Part shown: positions 27,480-36,139 of the stretch, piece after piece
Layout: each line of letters begins with the position of its first letter
Position numbering within the stretch: the first letter of the stretch is position 1
Assembly (NCBI GenBank): GCA_044345485.1
Contig: JBIJAX010000005.1
Location: 1,985-65,984 of the forward strand
Source of the DNA: Candidatus Kapaibacterium sp.
GTDB taxonomy: Bacteria; Bacteroidota; Ignavibacteria; Kapaibacteriales; Kapaibacteriaceae
DNA length: 64,000 nucleotides
Reading direction: 5' to 3'
Position numbers and translations under genes: made by a program
The notes under the pieces: generated by a model
Database searches by the model: none
What the model saw: only the letters and a program-made list of their open reading frames with translations
What the model was told of the DNA's origin: nothing

Positions 27480-28826
27480 TTGAAGTCAATCGTCACCATA
27501 GCAACCACCGTTCTTGCCCTGCTCGCATTAGCCCCCTCGGCCGTTGCGCAGTCGGGCATGGACTTCGACGAGTTTGTGCGTCGTGCCGACCCATACTTTG
27601 CCGAAGATCTTCTTGGAGACGTCCGCATGGCAATGCCTCAGGGGTCTGGCTATAAGATCTGGGGTTGGGATGTTGGGGACTTTAGCGGGGACGGATTCTA
27701 CGATCTTGCATTATCCGTTCATATCCAAGGCACGCGCAAGCGCGAGTGCATGGTATACATGTTTGCCGACGTAGAAGGGTACCTCGTCCCCGTCAGCAAG
27801 CAGCCGTTTCAGTATGTAGATCTCCCACTTGAGGTTGGCGTGGTAATCAAGGATGTTGCGTGTTACGTAACTCAGAAGCGCAAGTCGGAAGACTGGACGA
27901 TAAAGGGGTACAGGTTCACGGAAGGGGCTGTTGTACTCGTTGATGAATTTGTAAGCGACAAGATTGACGGATTTCAGCACGAGAGCTTTCGATCATTCCA
28001 AACGCTGGTCACGAAGGAACGTCTTGCCAATAAGCGCGATGAAGTAGTGTTCTCAACCGAGTTCCTCACTATCCCGTGCTATAGCAGAAGTAGGCAGGTC
28101 TACGCAGGTTATGTGCCCGAGGTAGTGGTCACAACTACAGAGCATGTACCTGAAGGGGCGTACTGGTGGACGGGAGAAACTGATGCTTCGTTCTCGGCCA
28201 GGATGGTCTATGACGACGATTATCTCTATGCCCGTATAAACGTGCGGGATTCAAATGTTGTAACGGGTTGGTGCGATACCTGTATTGCGGACCACATCGA
28301 GTTGTTGTTTGATGTTGCTCCGCCGTCAGAGGGCAGTAACGCTCGATACATTTCGAGAATCGACCGCGAAGAGGTGGTGGTCAGAAATTCAAGTGATTCT
28401 GGTCTGTTTACATTCACTGTTCGGCTTGGGGATTTCGGAGATAATCTCCCGAAGGTAGGAATCAAGACTAACGACGAGCTGGAACAGACGCAAGTCAATG
28501 CAATAAAACAACTTAGAGTTGTTTCTGCGCCACGTCCGGGCGGATATGTGGTAAAGTTGCGCATCCCATTTTCGCTGCTTGGATACGAAAAGGCTCCAAT
28601 CGACGACCAGGGAATTGTCGAATTCGGCTGTGCCATTGCCGTTGTGGATTACGACAACGAGTTTCGTCCAGACGAGCGAAGTGTGATCGCAACAAGCAAC
28701 GTGGAGCCCCTTGACCCATCGACCTATGGAGCCCTTCGATTTGTTCCGGATGGCGCTTGGTATGGCGAGAGCGTGAACATCTACGGAGACTCCGTAATCA
28801 ATACGCTACGAGAATTGGGCTTTTAA
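27480..28826 (+). CDS. Secreted hypothetical protein (FG-GAP-like N-terminal motif, CBM9/DOMON-like C-terminal half)
   Basis: The preferred start is TTG 27480 (AGGGG 5 nt upstream), which gives MKSIVTIATTVLALLALAPSAVAQ. The ORF-track ATG 27429 would overlap the kinase gene by 41 nt. …DFSGDGFYDLALSV… and …DHIELLFDV… . Domain calls are tentative. Confidence 0.5.
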   Translation: MKSIVTIATTVLALLALAPSAVAQSGMDFDEFVRRADPYFAEDLLGDVRMAMPQGSGYKIWGWDVGDFSGDGFYDLALSVHIQGTRKRECMVYMFADVEGYLVPVSKQPFQYVDLPLEVGVVIKDVACYVTQKRKSEDWTIKGYRFTEGAVVLVDEFVSDKIDGFQHESFRSFQTLVTKERLANKRDEVVFSTEFLTIPCYSRSRQVYAGYVPEVVVTTTEHVPEGAYWWTGETDASFSARMVYDDDYLYARINVRDSNVVTGWCDTCIADHIELLFDVAPPSEGSNARYISRIDREEVVVRNSSDSGLFTFTVRLGDFGDNLPKVGIKTNDELEQTQVNAIKQLRVVSAPRPGGYVVKLRIPFSLLGYEKAPIDDQGIVEFGCAIAVVDYDNEFRPDERSVIATSNVEPLDPSTYGALRFVPDGAWYGESVNIYGDSVINTLRELGF

Positions 28827-28846
28827 GCGCCTACGACCTATTTTTG
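28815..28846 (+). promoter_or_regulatory. Candidate Bacteroidetes-type promoter for the atp operon
   Basis: TATTTTTG at 28839-28846 matches the -7 consensus TAnnTTTG exactly. There is a TTG at 28815-28817 (21-nt spacer). It lies 11-14 nt upstream of the first possible start of the atpZ-like gene. Confidence 0.35.
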
Positions 28847-28859
28847 CGCACGTTTTTTG

Positions 28860-29120
28860 ATGGGGTATCCCGTGCAGACCAAACCGACTGCTATGCAGCA
28901 AGCTGCACCGTATCTGGGGCTAGGAGTTCAGTTAGCTGGTACGGTACTTTTCTGCGGTGCTCTCGGATATTGGGCTGACAGCAAACTCGCCTCTTCTCCG
29001 GTAGGAGTTCTGGTGGGGGTGGTCATCGGAAGTGTAGTTGGGATGATGCAATTTCTTCGCACCGTGCAGAAACTCTCGCGAGCCAAGGAGTTGGTCGATC
29101 AAAACGACAATGAAAGGTAA
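28860..29120 (+). CDS. AtpZ/ATPase_gene1-like small membrane protein (putative F0F1-ATPase accessory subunit)
   Basis: …APYLGLGVQLAGTVLFCGALGYWADSKLASSPVGVLVGVVIGSVVGMMQFLR… matches the two-helix AtpZ-type pattern. It sits at the head of the atp operon. The start is ambiguous (TTG 28857, ATG 28860 or ATG 28893). Confidence 0.6.
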   Translation: MGYPVQTKPTAMQQAAPYLGLGVQLAGTVLFCGALGYWADSKLASSPVGVLVGVVIGSVVGMMQFLRTVQKLSRAKELVDQNDNER

Positions 29121-29498
29121 TTGCAAGTCGTGGATGTTAGAAATCCGTTCGTAGCTGTTGTGATTGCGCTTGCAATCAGTGTAACCAATTCTTGTGTTGG
29201 GTACGTGATTGCGAAGAGGGCGTCCACGAAGGAGATGAACACATTCATGGGGATGGTCTTCGGAAGTTTGGCTGTGCGCGGGCTTGTGGTTGTTGCGCTG
29301 GCCTATCTTGGCTTAGATGTTCTCGATCTGCATGACGTAGCATTTGCCCTGACATTTTCGATTTCTGCATTTGTTGCGCTGATGGTAGAGGTGTTTTTTT
29401 TTCACTCCTCTATGGAAAAGCAAAAGCAACGCCAGCTACAGAACGTGAAAAGACCGAGTAAAAAAAAAGAATTTAACGAGTTAGGTTTCATCGGATGA
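29121..29498 (+). CDS. ATP synthase protein I (AtpI)-like membrane protein
   Basis: Four hydrophobic segments, located immediately before atpB. The start is TTG 29121 or GTG 29130. It contains a T9 tract (29394-29402) and an A9 tract (29460-29468). Confidence 0.5.
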   Translation: MQVVDVRNPFVAVVIALAISVTNSCVGYVIAKRASTKEMNTFMGMVFGSLAVRGLVVVALAYLGLDVLDLHDVAFALTFSISAFVALMVEVFFFHSSMEKQKQRQLQNVKRPSKKKEFNELGFIG

Positions 29499-30616
29499 GC
29501 ACACAGCCAGCGGCACATCAAGACTCTACGACGGCATCGCCAACTGCACATCATGATGCAGCTCACGCTGCCGGTGCGCACGGCGCATCAGCAGAGGTGT
29601 CGGACAAGTTTACCTTTAACAAGCTGCTCGATCAGCTTGGTGATCACCATGAATTGAACATCTTCTTTGGGCATTACGAGATTTTGCCGGTTATTCTTCT
29701 TGATGAGCAGAGTAACCCGCATATCTATCCAAATCTCCATGCCATGGAAGAAGCGGGTGTGTACACCATGCATCACCACGGACATGGTCATCACATCGTC
29801 CGCACGCATGCTGCTCATACGGAAAAGGAGAAATGTCCGCTGTCTCATCCCGCCCCTTCCCTTGACCTCTCCGTTACAAACTTTGTAGCGTATCAATGGA
29901 TCGCGATGATCTTGGTAACGATCGTGTTTGGCGTGATTCGCGGACGTTACAAGAAGAATCCGATCAGTGCACCGCGTGGATTGCAGAATGCAATTGAGGC
30001 GGTTGTACTGTATGTACACGATCAAATCGTACGTCCAAACGTAGGTACGGACAAGCGTGCAATGCGTCTTATGCCTTTCATGCTAAGTCTATTCTTCTTT
30101 ATTCTATCGCTGAATCTGATTTCCCTTCTGCCGGGAGCGCACGCCGCTACTGGTGCTCTGCCAGTAACAATGGCCCTGGCAACATGCACGCTGATCGTGG
30201 TAAACTTTATCGCGATCAAGGATGCGGGTATCGGATCGTGGTTTAAGCACCTACTCGGAGGTGCGCCTGCATACATCGCCCCCATTATGGTGCCGATTGA
30301 ACTTGTTGGTATCATCACCAAGCCGTTTGCGTTGATGATTCGTTTGTTTGCCAACATGACAGCTGGACACATCGTGTTGTTGTCGCTTGTGGGCCTGATT
30401 TTCTTTTTTGCTCAGGAAATGGGCGAAACGGTTGGTTGGGGTGTTGCTCCAATCAGCGTACTGTTCTCGGTCTTTATCTATCTCCTAGAGTTGTTGGTGG
30501 CATTTCTGCAGGCGTACATCTTTACGATGTTGTCGGCAGTGTTTGTTGGGCTAGCTCTGGGTGATCACGCGGCCCATGATCATCACCATGATCACGGGCA
30601 TGCAGCATCGCACTAA
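29495..30616 (+). CDS. atpB: F0F1 ATP synthase subunit a, with His-rich N-terminal extension and His-rich C-terminal tail
   Basis: ATGA overlap with the upstream gene. Conserved …ITKPFALMIRLFANMTAGHIVL… with the essential Arg, and …ELLVAFLQAYIFTML… . His clusters MHHHGHGHH (29771-29794) and HDHHHDHGHAASH at the C-terminus. Confidence 0.88.
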   Translation: MSTQPAAHQDSTTASPTAHHDAAHAAGAHGASAEVSDKFTFNKLLDQLGDHHELNIFFGHYEILPVILLDEQSNPHIYPNLHAMEEAGVYTMHHHGHGHHIVRTHAAHTEKEKCPLSHPAPSLDLSVTNFVAYQWIAMILVTIVFGVIRGRYKKNPISAPRGLQNAIEAVVLYVHDQIVRPNVGTDKRAMRLMPFMLSLFFFILSLNLISLLPGAHAATGALPVTMALATCTLIVVNFIAIKDAGIGSWFKHLLGGAPAYIAPIMVPIELVGIITKPFALMIRLFANMTAGHIVLLSLVGLIFFFAQEMGETVGWGVAPISVLFSVFIYLLELLVAFLQAYIFTMLSAVFVGLALGDHAAHDHHHDHGHAASH

Positions 30617-30678
30617 TTGAATTACACGTCGAACAAGACACACTTATTCACTCATACTTCATTTGGAAGGGAAACACA

Positions 30679-30906
30679 ATGGATCCAAAAGCATTTGCTT
30701 GGCTATCTGCTGGTATTGGCCTTGGAATCACAGTTTTTGGCGTAGGCTCAGGTATCGGTCGCCTTGCTGCTGCCGCTCTTGAAGCAAGCAGCCGTCAGCC
30801 TGAGAATGCCGGAGATATCCGTACAACGATGATCATCGGTGCCGCTCTTATTGAGGGTGTTGCGCTGCTTGCTGGCGTTGTTTGTATTCTTCTTGCTGTG
30901 AAATAA
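30679..30906 (+). CDS. atpE: F0F1 ATP synthase subunit c
   Basis: 75-aa hairpin protein with a GxGxGxG helix (GVGSGIGRLAAAAL), loop RQPE, and carboxylate helix …IIGAALIEGVALL… . Confidence 0.92.
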   Translation: MDPKAFAWLSAGIGLGITVFGVGSGIGRLAAAALEASSRQPENAGDIRTTMIIGAALIEGVALLAGVVCILLAVK

Positions 30907-30988
30907 TCAATAAGAAGTTTATCACCGAAGCGTGGGGCGCTGAGTTCTCGATATAGACCACGTCGCACGTATTGGTGTGTGCCTCTAT

Positions 30989-31055
30989 CCGATCCTGTAT
31001 AGTGCAGGATCGGTCTTTGGATGTTGCAAGCAACATTCAAAGACCGATTTCGGTC
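30989..31055 (+). promoter_or_regulatory. Cluster of overlapping stem-loops in the atpE-atpF spacer
   Basis: Hairpin 1: CCGATCCTG-N7-CAGGATCGG (30989-31013). Hairpin 2: 16-bp stem with one G-U (31011-31046). Hairpin 3: GACCG-N4-CGGTC (31042-31055). Adjacent hairpins share bases, so they are mutually exclusive. Confidence 0.55.
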
Positions 31056-31100
31056 GGTATCTGACAGTGTATTTCAACCTCGTTTCGACGGAAGACTTCA

Positions 31101-31595
31101 ATGCCAGCATTTTTGCAGTTTGAACCTGGTCTAGTTATCTGGACCCTTATCAATTTTTCAATCTTTGCGCTGATTATCGGCAAGTTCGGCTGGAAGCCGA
31201 TGCGTGATGGTATTGCAGCCCGCGAAGCCTCGATACGCGATGCGATAACCGCAGCCGAGAACGCGAATCGCGAGGCACAAGAGCTTATCAAAGACAATCA
31301 GGAGCGGCTTGCGAAGGCACAGCGTGAGACCATGGACATCGTAAAGGAAGGCCGTGTGCAAGCTGAATCGATTATTCGCAAGGCCGCAGAAGAAGCAGAA
31401 TTCGTAAAGCAGCAGAAGCTCACAGAAGCGCAGCGTGAGATTGATCGTCAGAAGGACGATGCCATCAAGGCGCTTCGCACCGAAGTTTCATCCCTGGTGG
31501 TTGACGCTACGGAAAAGCTGCTGGGTCGTAATCTACAGGGCGACGATCACAAGCGAATTGTTGAAGACTACGTGAACGAACTCTCCAAGAACTAA
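31101..31595 (+). CDS. atpF: F0F1 ATP synthase subunit b
   Basis: A single N-terminal TM helix (…LVIWTLINFSIFALIIGKFGW…) followed by a long charged coiled-coil. Its position is between atpE and atpH. Confidence 0.85.
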   Translation: MPAFLQFEPGLVIWTLINFSIFALIIGKFGWKPMRDGIAAREASIRDAITAAENANREAQELIKDNQERLAKAQRETMDIVKEGRVQAESIIRKAAEEAEFVKQQKLTEAQREIDRQKDDAIKALRTEVSSLVVDATEKLLGRNLQGDDHKRIVEDYVNELSKN

Positions 31596-31601
31596 ATCAA
31601 C

Positions 31602-32141
31602 ATGTCAACACTTAAGATTTCACGTCGATACGCAAAAGCGCTGCTTAGTGTTGCTGTTGCAAAGAACAACACGCAAGCAATTGCGCGTGATGTAGAGACG
31701 GTGCGTGCTGCTGCTGAGTCATCCAAGGAACTCCGCTCGATGCTGCGCAGCCCCGTTATTGAAAGCAAGGTTAAAAAGGCTGTTCTGCAAGAAGCGCTCG
31801 GCAGTTCGTTGTCGCCTGAGACATTGGACTTTTTCAATCTTGTGATTGAAAAGGGCCGCGGCGATCTCTGGAGAGAGATTACCTCGGAGTTCCGTTCGTT
31901 GATCGATGCATTAGGAAAAGTAGAACGCATCGAGGTTACCTCGGCTGTTGAGATCGATGCTTCGCAGCGAGCGGCTCTTGAGTCTTCCGTTGGCAAGAAG
32001 CTAGGAAAGACAATTGTTGCCACGTATAAGATAGACCCGTCGATCATGGGTGGTGCTGTGATTCGCATTGGCGACGAGATTCACGATGGCTCTATTCGCC
32101 ATCAACTGCACGTGCTGAAGCACAAGCTTGCTTCGGCATGA
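31602..32141 (+). CDS. atpH: F0F1 ATP synthase subunit delta (OSCP)
   Basis: …ISRRYAKALL… N-terminus and …IDPSIMGGAVIRIGDEIHDGSIRHQL… C-terminus, typical of the delta/OSCP subunit. Confidence 0.85.
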   Translation: MSTLKISRRYAKALLSVAVAKNNTQAIARDVETVRAAAESSKELRSMLRSPVIESKVKKAVLQEALGSSLSPETLDFFNLVIEKGRGDLWREITSEFRSLIDALGKVERIEVTSAVEIDASQRAALESSVGKKLGKTIVATYKIDPSIMGGAVIRIGDEIHDGSIRHQLHVLKHKLASA

Positions 32142-32185
32142 TCCCGTAACGAAGAAAATGAAACAATACTCAAGGAAAAACTAGA

Positions 32186-33736
32186 ATGGCTGATGTTCGT
32201 CCAGATGAGATCTCCGCGATTCTCCGCAGGCAGCTGACGGGGTTCGACAAAGAGACAGACGTCTATGAAGTTGGCACTGTTCTCCAGGTTGGCGACGGTG
32301 TTGCACGTATCTATGGCCTCACAAACGTGATGGCCTCAGAACTTGTTGAGTTCCCGAATGGCGTTGTAGGCATGGTGCTCAACTTGGAAGAAGACAACGT
32401 TGGTGCTGTTCTTTTCGGCGATGATTCGCTCGTGAAAGAAGGAGACCAAGTTCGCCGCACTGGACGCATTGCCTCTGTACCAGTTGGTGATGGCCTTGTA
32501 GGGCGCGTTGTAGATCCACTCGGACGCCCCATCGATGGTAAGGGGCCGATCAAGGAGTCCGCGTTCTATCCGATCGAGCGCAAAGCCCTTGGTGTTATCG
32601 ACCGCCAGCCTGTTACAGAGCCCCTTCAAACAGGTATCAAGGCAATCGATGCTCTGATTCCTATTGGTCGCGGCCAGCGTGAGTTGATCATCGGAGACCG
32701 TCAGACGGGTAAGACAACGGTTGCACTCGATGCGATCATCAACCAAAAGTATACGCACACAAAGGAAGCGCAAGAGCAGGGTATTAAGCCTGTTTATTGC
32801 GTCTATGTCGCAATTGGACAAAAGGGCTCTACTGTTGCAAACGTGGTTGCCACGCTTGAGAAGTACGGAGCCATGGAATACACAACTGTTGTTGCTGCTA
32901 CAGCTTCGGACCCAGCTCCGCTGCAGTTCGTTGCTCCATACAGTGGCTGCTCTATGGGTGAGTATTTCCGTGACAACGGACGCCACGCACTCGTGATCTA
33001 TGATGACCTTTCGAAGCAGGCTGCTGCATACCGTCAGGTATCGCTCCTGCTGCGCCGCCCGCCAGGACGTGAAGCCTATCCGGGCGACGTGTTCTATCTC
33101 CACAGCCGTCTTCTGGAGCGTGCTGCAAAGCTCAGCGACAGCCTCGGTGGTGGTTCGCTTACGGCGCTCCCAGTTATCGAAACACAGGCTGGCGACGTTT
33201 CCGCGTACATCCCAACGAACGTTATCTCGATCACGGACGGTCAGATTTACCTCGAGCCAAGCTTGTTCAACGCAGGTGTTCGCCCAGCTCTGAACGTTGG
33301 TATCTCGGTATCTCGTGTGGGTGGTAACGCTCAAATCAAGGCAATGAAGAAGGTTGCTGGTCCACTCAAGCTGGACCTTGCACAATTCCGAGCACTTGAG
33401 GCATTCGCTCGTTTTGGATCAGACCTCGACAAGACAACGCAGCAGCAGCTTCGCCGTGGTGCGCGTCTTCTCGAAGTCATGAAGCAGCCGCAGTATTCTC
33501 CGGTAACGGTAGAAGATCAGGTTGTTGTGATCTATGCAGCATCAACTGGATACATGGACGAACTACCTGTTGAAAGTATCAAGCGTTATGAGACGGAGTT
33601 GCTGGATTTTGTCCACGCAACACATGCCGACATCATCAACGATCTGCGCGTGCAGAAGGCTCTCACAGACGACGTAGTTGCAAAGCTGAAGTCGGCTCTG
33701 TCGAGCTTCACTGAGCGCTTTGCCACTACGGTATAA
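32186..33736 (+). CDS. atpA: F0F1 ATP synthase subunit alpha
   Basis: Walker A GDRQTGKT, …[46 protein letters not shown]…, and …[29 protein letters not shown]… . Confidence 0.95.
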   Translation: MADVRPDEISAILRRQLTGFDKETDVYEVGTVLQVGDGVARIYGLTNVMASELVEFPNGVVGMVLNLEEDNVGAVLFGDDSLVKEGDQVRRTGRIASVPVGDGLVGRVVDPLGRPIDGKGPIKESAFYPIERKALGVIDRQPVTEPLQTGIKAIDALIPIGRGQRELIIGDRQTGKTTVALDAIINQKYTHTKEAQEQGIKPVYCVYVAIGQKGSTVANVVATLEKYGAMEYTTVVAATASDPAPLQFVAPYSGCSMGEYFRDNGRHALVIYDDLSKQAAAYRQVSLLLRRPPGREAYPGDVFYLHSRLLERAAKLSDSLGGGSLTALPVIETQAGDVSAYIPTNVISITDGQIYLEPSLFNAGVRPALNVGISVSRVGGNAQIKAMKKVAGPLKLDLAQFRALEAFARFGSDLDKTTQQQLRRGARLLEVMKQPQYSPVTVEDQVVVIYAASTGYMDELPVESIKRYETELLDFVHATHADIINDLRVQKALTDDVVAKLKSALSSFTERFATTV

Positions 33737-33745
33737 GGAACTGAC

Positions 33746-34705
33746 ATGATCGTCCTGACCGGTGGCGCGGGCTTTATCGGAAGCTGCTTTTTGTCGCAGC
33801 TGAACGCTGCTGGCAGGTCAGATGTGTTGGTGGTTGATTCACTAGGTTCGGGCACGAAGTGGAAGAACCTGGTAGACAGAACGTACATTGACATTATCAG
33901 CAAAGAAGATTTTCGAGAGATCATGGCCGTAGGTGGTCTCGAAGATGTTGAAGCAGTAGTGCATCTCGGTGCATGTTCTGCAACAACAGAGACAGATGCA
34001 GACTACCTCTACGACAACAATTATCTCTATAGCATTGATGTAGCTGAATTTGCTTTCGAGCAAAATGCACGGTTTATCTACGCAAGCAGTGCCGCCACAT
34101 ACGGCAGTGGAGATCGGGGATATAGTGATACAGCTACTGAACTGCGTCCGTTGAACATGTACGGTTATTCCAAGCATCTCTTTGATCAATGGATTCGCAG
34201 AGAAGGCATGGAAGGGGCTTGTGTTGGTCTGAAGTTCTTTAATGTATTTGGTCCAAACGAATACCATAAGGGCACTATGGCCAGTCTGGTGTCTAAAGCG
34301 GTGCCGCAGATCCTCGCAAGTGGAAGAGTCTCGTTGTTTAAAAGCAACGATCCATCCTTCGAAGACGGTGGTCAACAGCGGGACTTTATCTACGTGAAGG
34401 ACGTGTGTACTGTTCTGCAGACGCTGCTTCAACGCGTCGATATCAATGGCATCTTTAATCTGGGCACTGGTACAGCGCGAACATGGAATGATCTGATGCG
34501 CGCTGTGTTCGCAGCATTGGAGAGAGAGCCGTTGATAGATTATGTCGAAATGCCGGAGCATCTGTCGAGGCAGTATCAGAACTACACGCAGGCTGAGATG
34601 GATAGATTCCATCAGCACATGCCTGGTGTGAGGTTTCGTTCACTCGAAGAATCTGTTGCTGATTATGTACAAGGCTATCTCGTTCGCGAGTGGCCGTATT
34701 GTTGA
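33746..34705 (+). CDS. hldD: ADP-L-glycero-D-manno-heptose 6-epimerase
   Basis: AAGGA SD. MIVLTGGAGFIGS…, …ASSAATYG…, …NMYGYSKHLFDQ…, …FFNVFGPNEYHKGTMAS…, …RDFIYVKDV…, …GIFNLGTG… . It is colinear with E. coli HldD/RfaD along the whole length. Confidence 0.88.
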   Translation: MIVLTGGAGFIGSCFLSQLNAAGRSDVLVVDSLGSGTKWKNLVDRTYIDIISKEDFREIMAVGGLEDVEAVVHLGACSATTETDADYLYDNNYLYSIDVAEFAFEQNARFIYASSAATYGSGDRGYSDTATELRPLNMYGYSKHLFDQWIRREGMEGACVGLKFFNVFGPNEYHKGTMASLVSKAVPQILASGRVSLFKSNDPSFEDGGQQRDFIYVKDVCTVLQTLLQRVDINGIFNLGTGTARTWNDLMRAVFAALEREPLIDYVEMPEHLSRQYQNYTQAEMDRFHQHMPGVRFRSLEESVADYVQGYLVREWPYC

Positions 34706-34733
34706 AATTGAACGCTAAACGTCGGAACATACG

Positions 34734-35615
34734 ATGGCAACGCTACGCGAAACACGTGATCGAATAACATCGGTCAAGAACACATCAAAGATCACGCAGG
34801 CTATGAGCATGGTGGCAACAGCAAAGCTGCGCCGAGCGCAGGATGCTATTACCGCTGCTCGCCCCTTTGCCAATCAGGTACAGAAAATCCTGGCTAACCT
34901 ATCATCAGCGGATGCAGACTATGTACATCCGTTCTTTGAGCAGCGCAGCGACGTTAACAATATTGCCATTATTGCGATCAGCTCTGACCGTGGCTTGTGC
35001 GGTGCTTTTAACACCAACATGCTTCGCGTATTGTCAAACCGTATCGCCGATCTTAAGGCGCAGCACCCCAAGGCAACGATACACGTGATTCCAGTTGGTA
35101 AGCGTGCGGTAGCGGCAGCTCGCAAGGGCCGCGACCCAGTGGTGCGAGACTTCAATGATGTGTTTGGAAAGCTTGACTACTCCGTAGCTGTTGAGATTGC
35201 GGATCTGGTTACAGACCAATTCCTCGGGGCACAGTTTGACCGTGTAGAGATCATTGGTAATCAGTTTGTAAATGTGATGCGCCAAGAGGTCCGCACCACG
35301 CAGCTCCTGCCGATTGTGCCAACACAGGCAGAGACATCTACATCGTCAAGTGTAGACTACATCTACGAGCCATCTCAAACAGAGATCTTGAATACGTTGC
35401 TACCAATGTATATCAAGCTACAGATTTGGACCGGGCTCTTGGATTCGAATGCGGCAGAAAATGCTGCGCGACGCATGGCCATGGAAAATGCAACCACGAA
35501 TGCACGTGAGTTGATCACGGCCCTTCAACTTATTTACAACAGAGAACGTCAGGCGGCGATCACAACAGAAATGTTGGAAATCGTTGGCGGCGCGGAGGCG
35601 CTCGCCAGCGCATAG
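34734..35615 (+). CDS. atpG: F0F1 ATP synthase subunit gamma
   Basis: MATLRETRDRITSVKNTSKITQAMSMVATAKLRRAQ… and C-terminal …LIYNRERQAAITTEMLEIVGGAEAL… . Confidence 0.92.
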   Translation: MATLRETRDRITSVKNTSKITQAMSMVATAKLRRAQDAITAARPFANQVQKILANLSSADADYVHPFFEQRSDVNNIAIIAISSDRGLCGAFNTNMLRVLSNRIADLKAQHPKATIHVIPVGKRAVAAARKGRDPVVRDFNDVFGKLDYSVAVEIADLVTDQFLGAQFDRVEIIGNQFVNVMRQEVRTTQLLPIVPTQAETSTSSSVDYIYEPSQTEILNTLLPMYIKLQIWTGLLDSNAAENAARRMAMENATTNARELITALQLIYNRERQAAITTEMLEIVGGAEALASA

Positions 35616-35629
35616 TCTACGTTCTTGGC

Positions 35630-36139
35630 ATGAGCACCGCACGACCAGCCTTTTTTACAATCCCTGCCGTTCTTCTGACGGCGAGTATGGGGTTCGTTAT
35701 CTGGCTTGCACTGGGCTTTCAAACATCAAACGAGATCAACCCTTATGCAGCTTCCTATGAAGCTCGCATCGAGCTCTATCGCAGCAAGCTGGATTCATTG
35801 AACAAGATCCGTAGTGTGCGTGAGCGCATCTATATGCGACAGCTTGCCAATCTTGAGATTCCAGAGTATATCGTCTCGAAAATGCGTCCAACAGATCTCG
35901 TGTTGCTGCCACCTCGCGGATATGCGAACAAGTACATGCAGACAGAAGCCATCTGGACGGACCCACGGATTTTTACCTGGATGGTTGGGTTTCATAACGT
36001 CGTTGCATGGTCGGATACTGCTCGGCGAAGCCAAGCTAACGCATTTGTTGTCCTCGATGCGAATGCGATCTGGATGACGCGTCCAGGTGGATCAACCAAT
36101 ATCGACTCGTTGTTACACGTGTATGCTCGGAGCGAATGA
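35630..36139 (+). CDS. Hypothetical membrane-anchored protein (169 aa)
   Basis: One N-terminal TM helix (…FFTIPAVLLTASMGFVIWLALGF…). It starts 14 nt after atpG and overlaps the next gene by ATGA. No family recognised. Confidence 0.45.
   Translation: MSTARPAFFTIPAVLLTASMGFVIWLALGFQTSNEINPYAASYEARIELYRSKLDSLNKIRSVRERIYMRQLANLEIPEYIVSKMRPTDLVLLPPRGYANKYMQTEAIWTDPRIFTWMVGFHNVVAWSDTARRSQANAFVVLDANAIWMTRPGGSTNIDSLLHVYARSE

Noticed and set aside
32336-33385. 349-aa ORF on the minus strand inside atpA
   Set aside because: It is antisense to atpA, which has unmistakable motifs. It has no start context and no recognisable family, so I treat it as a shadow ORF.
33842-34618. 258-aa ORF on the minus strand inside hldD
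   Set aside because: It is antisense to a full-length HldD homologue, and its composition is atypical of real proteins in this window.
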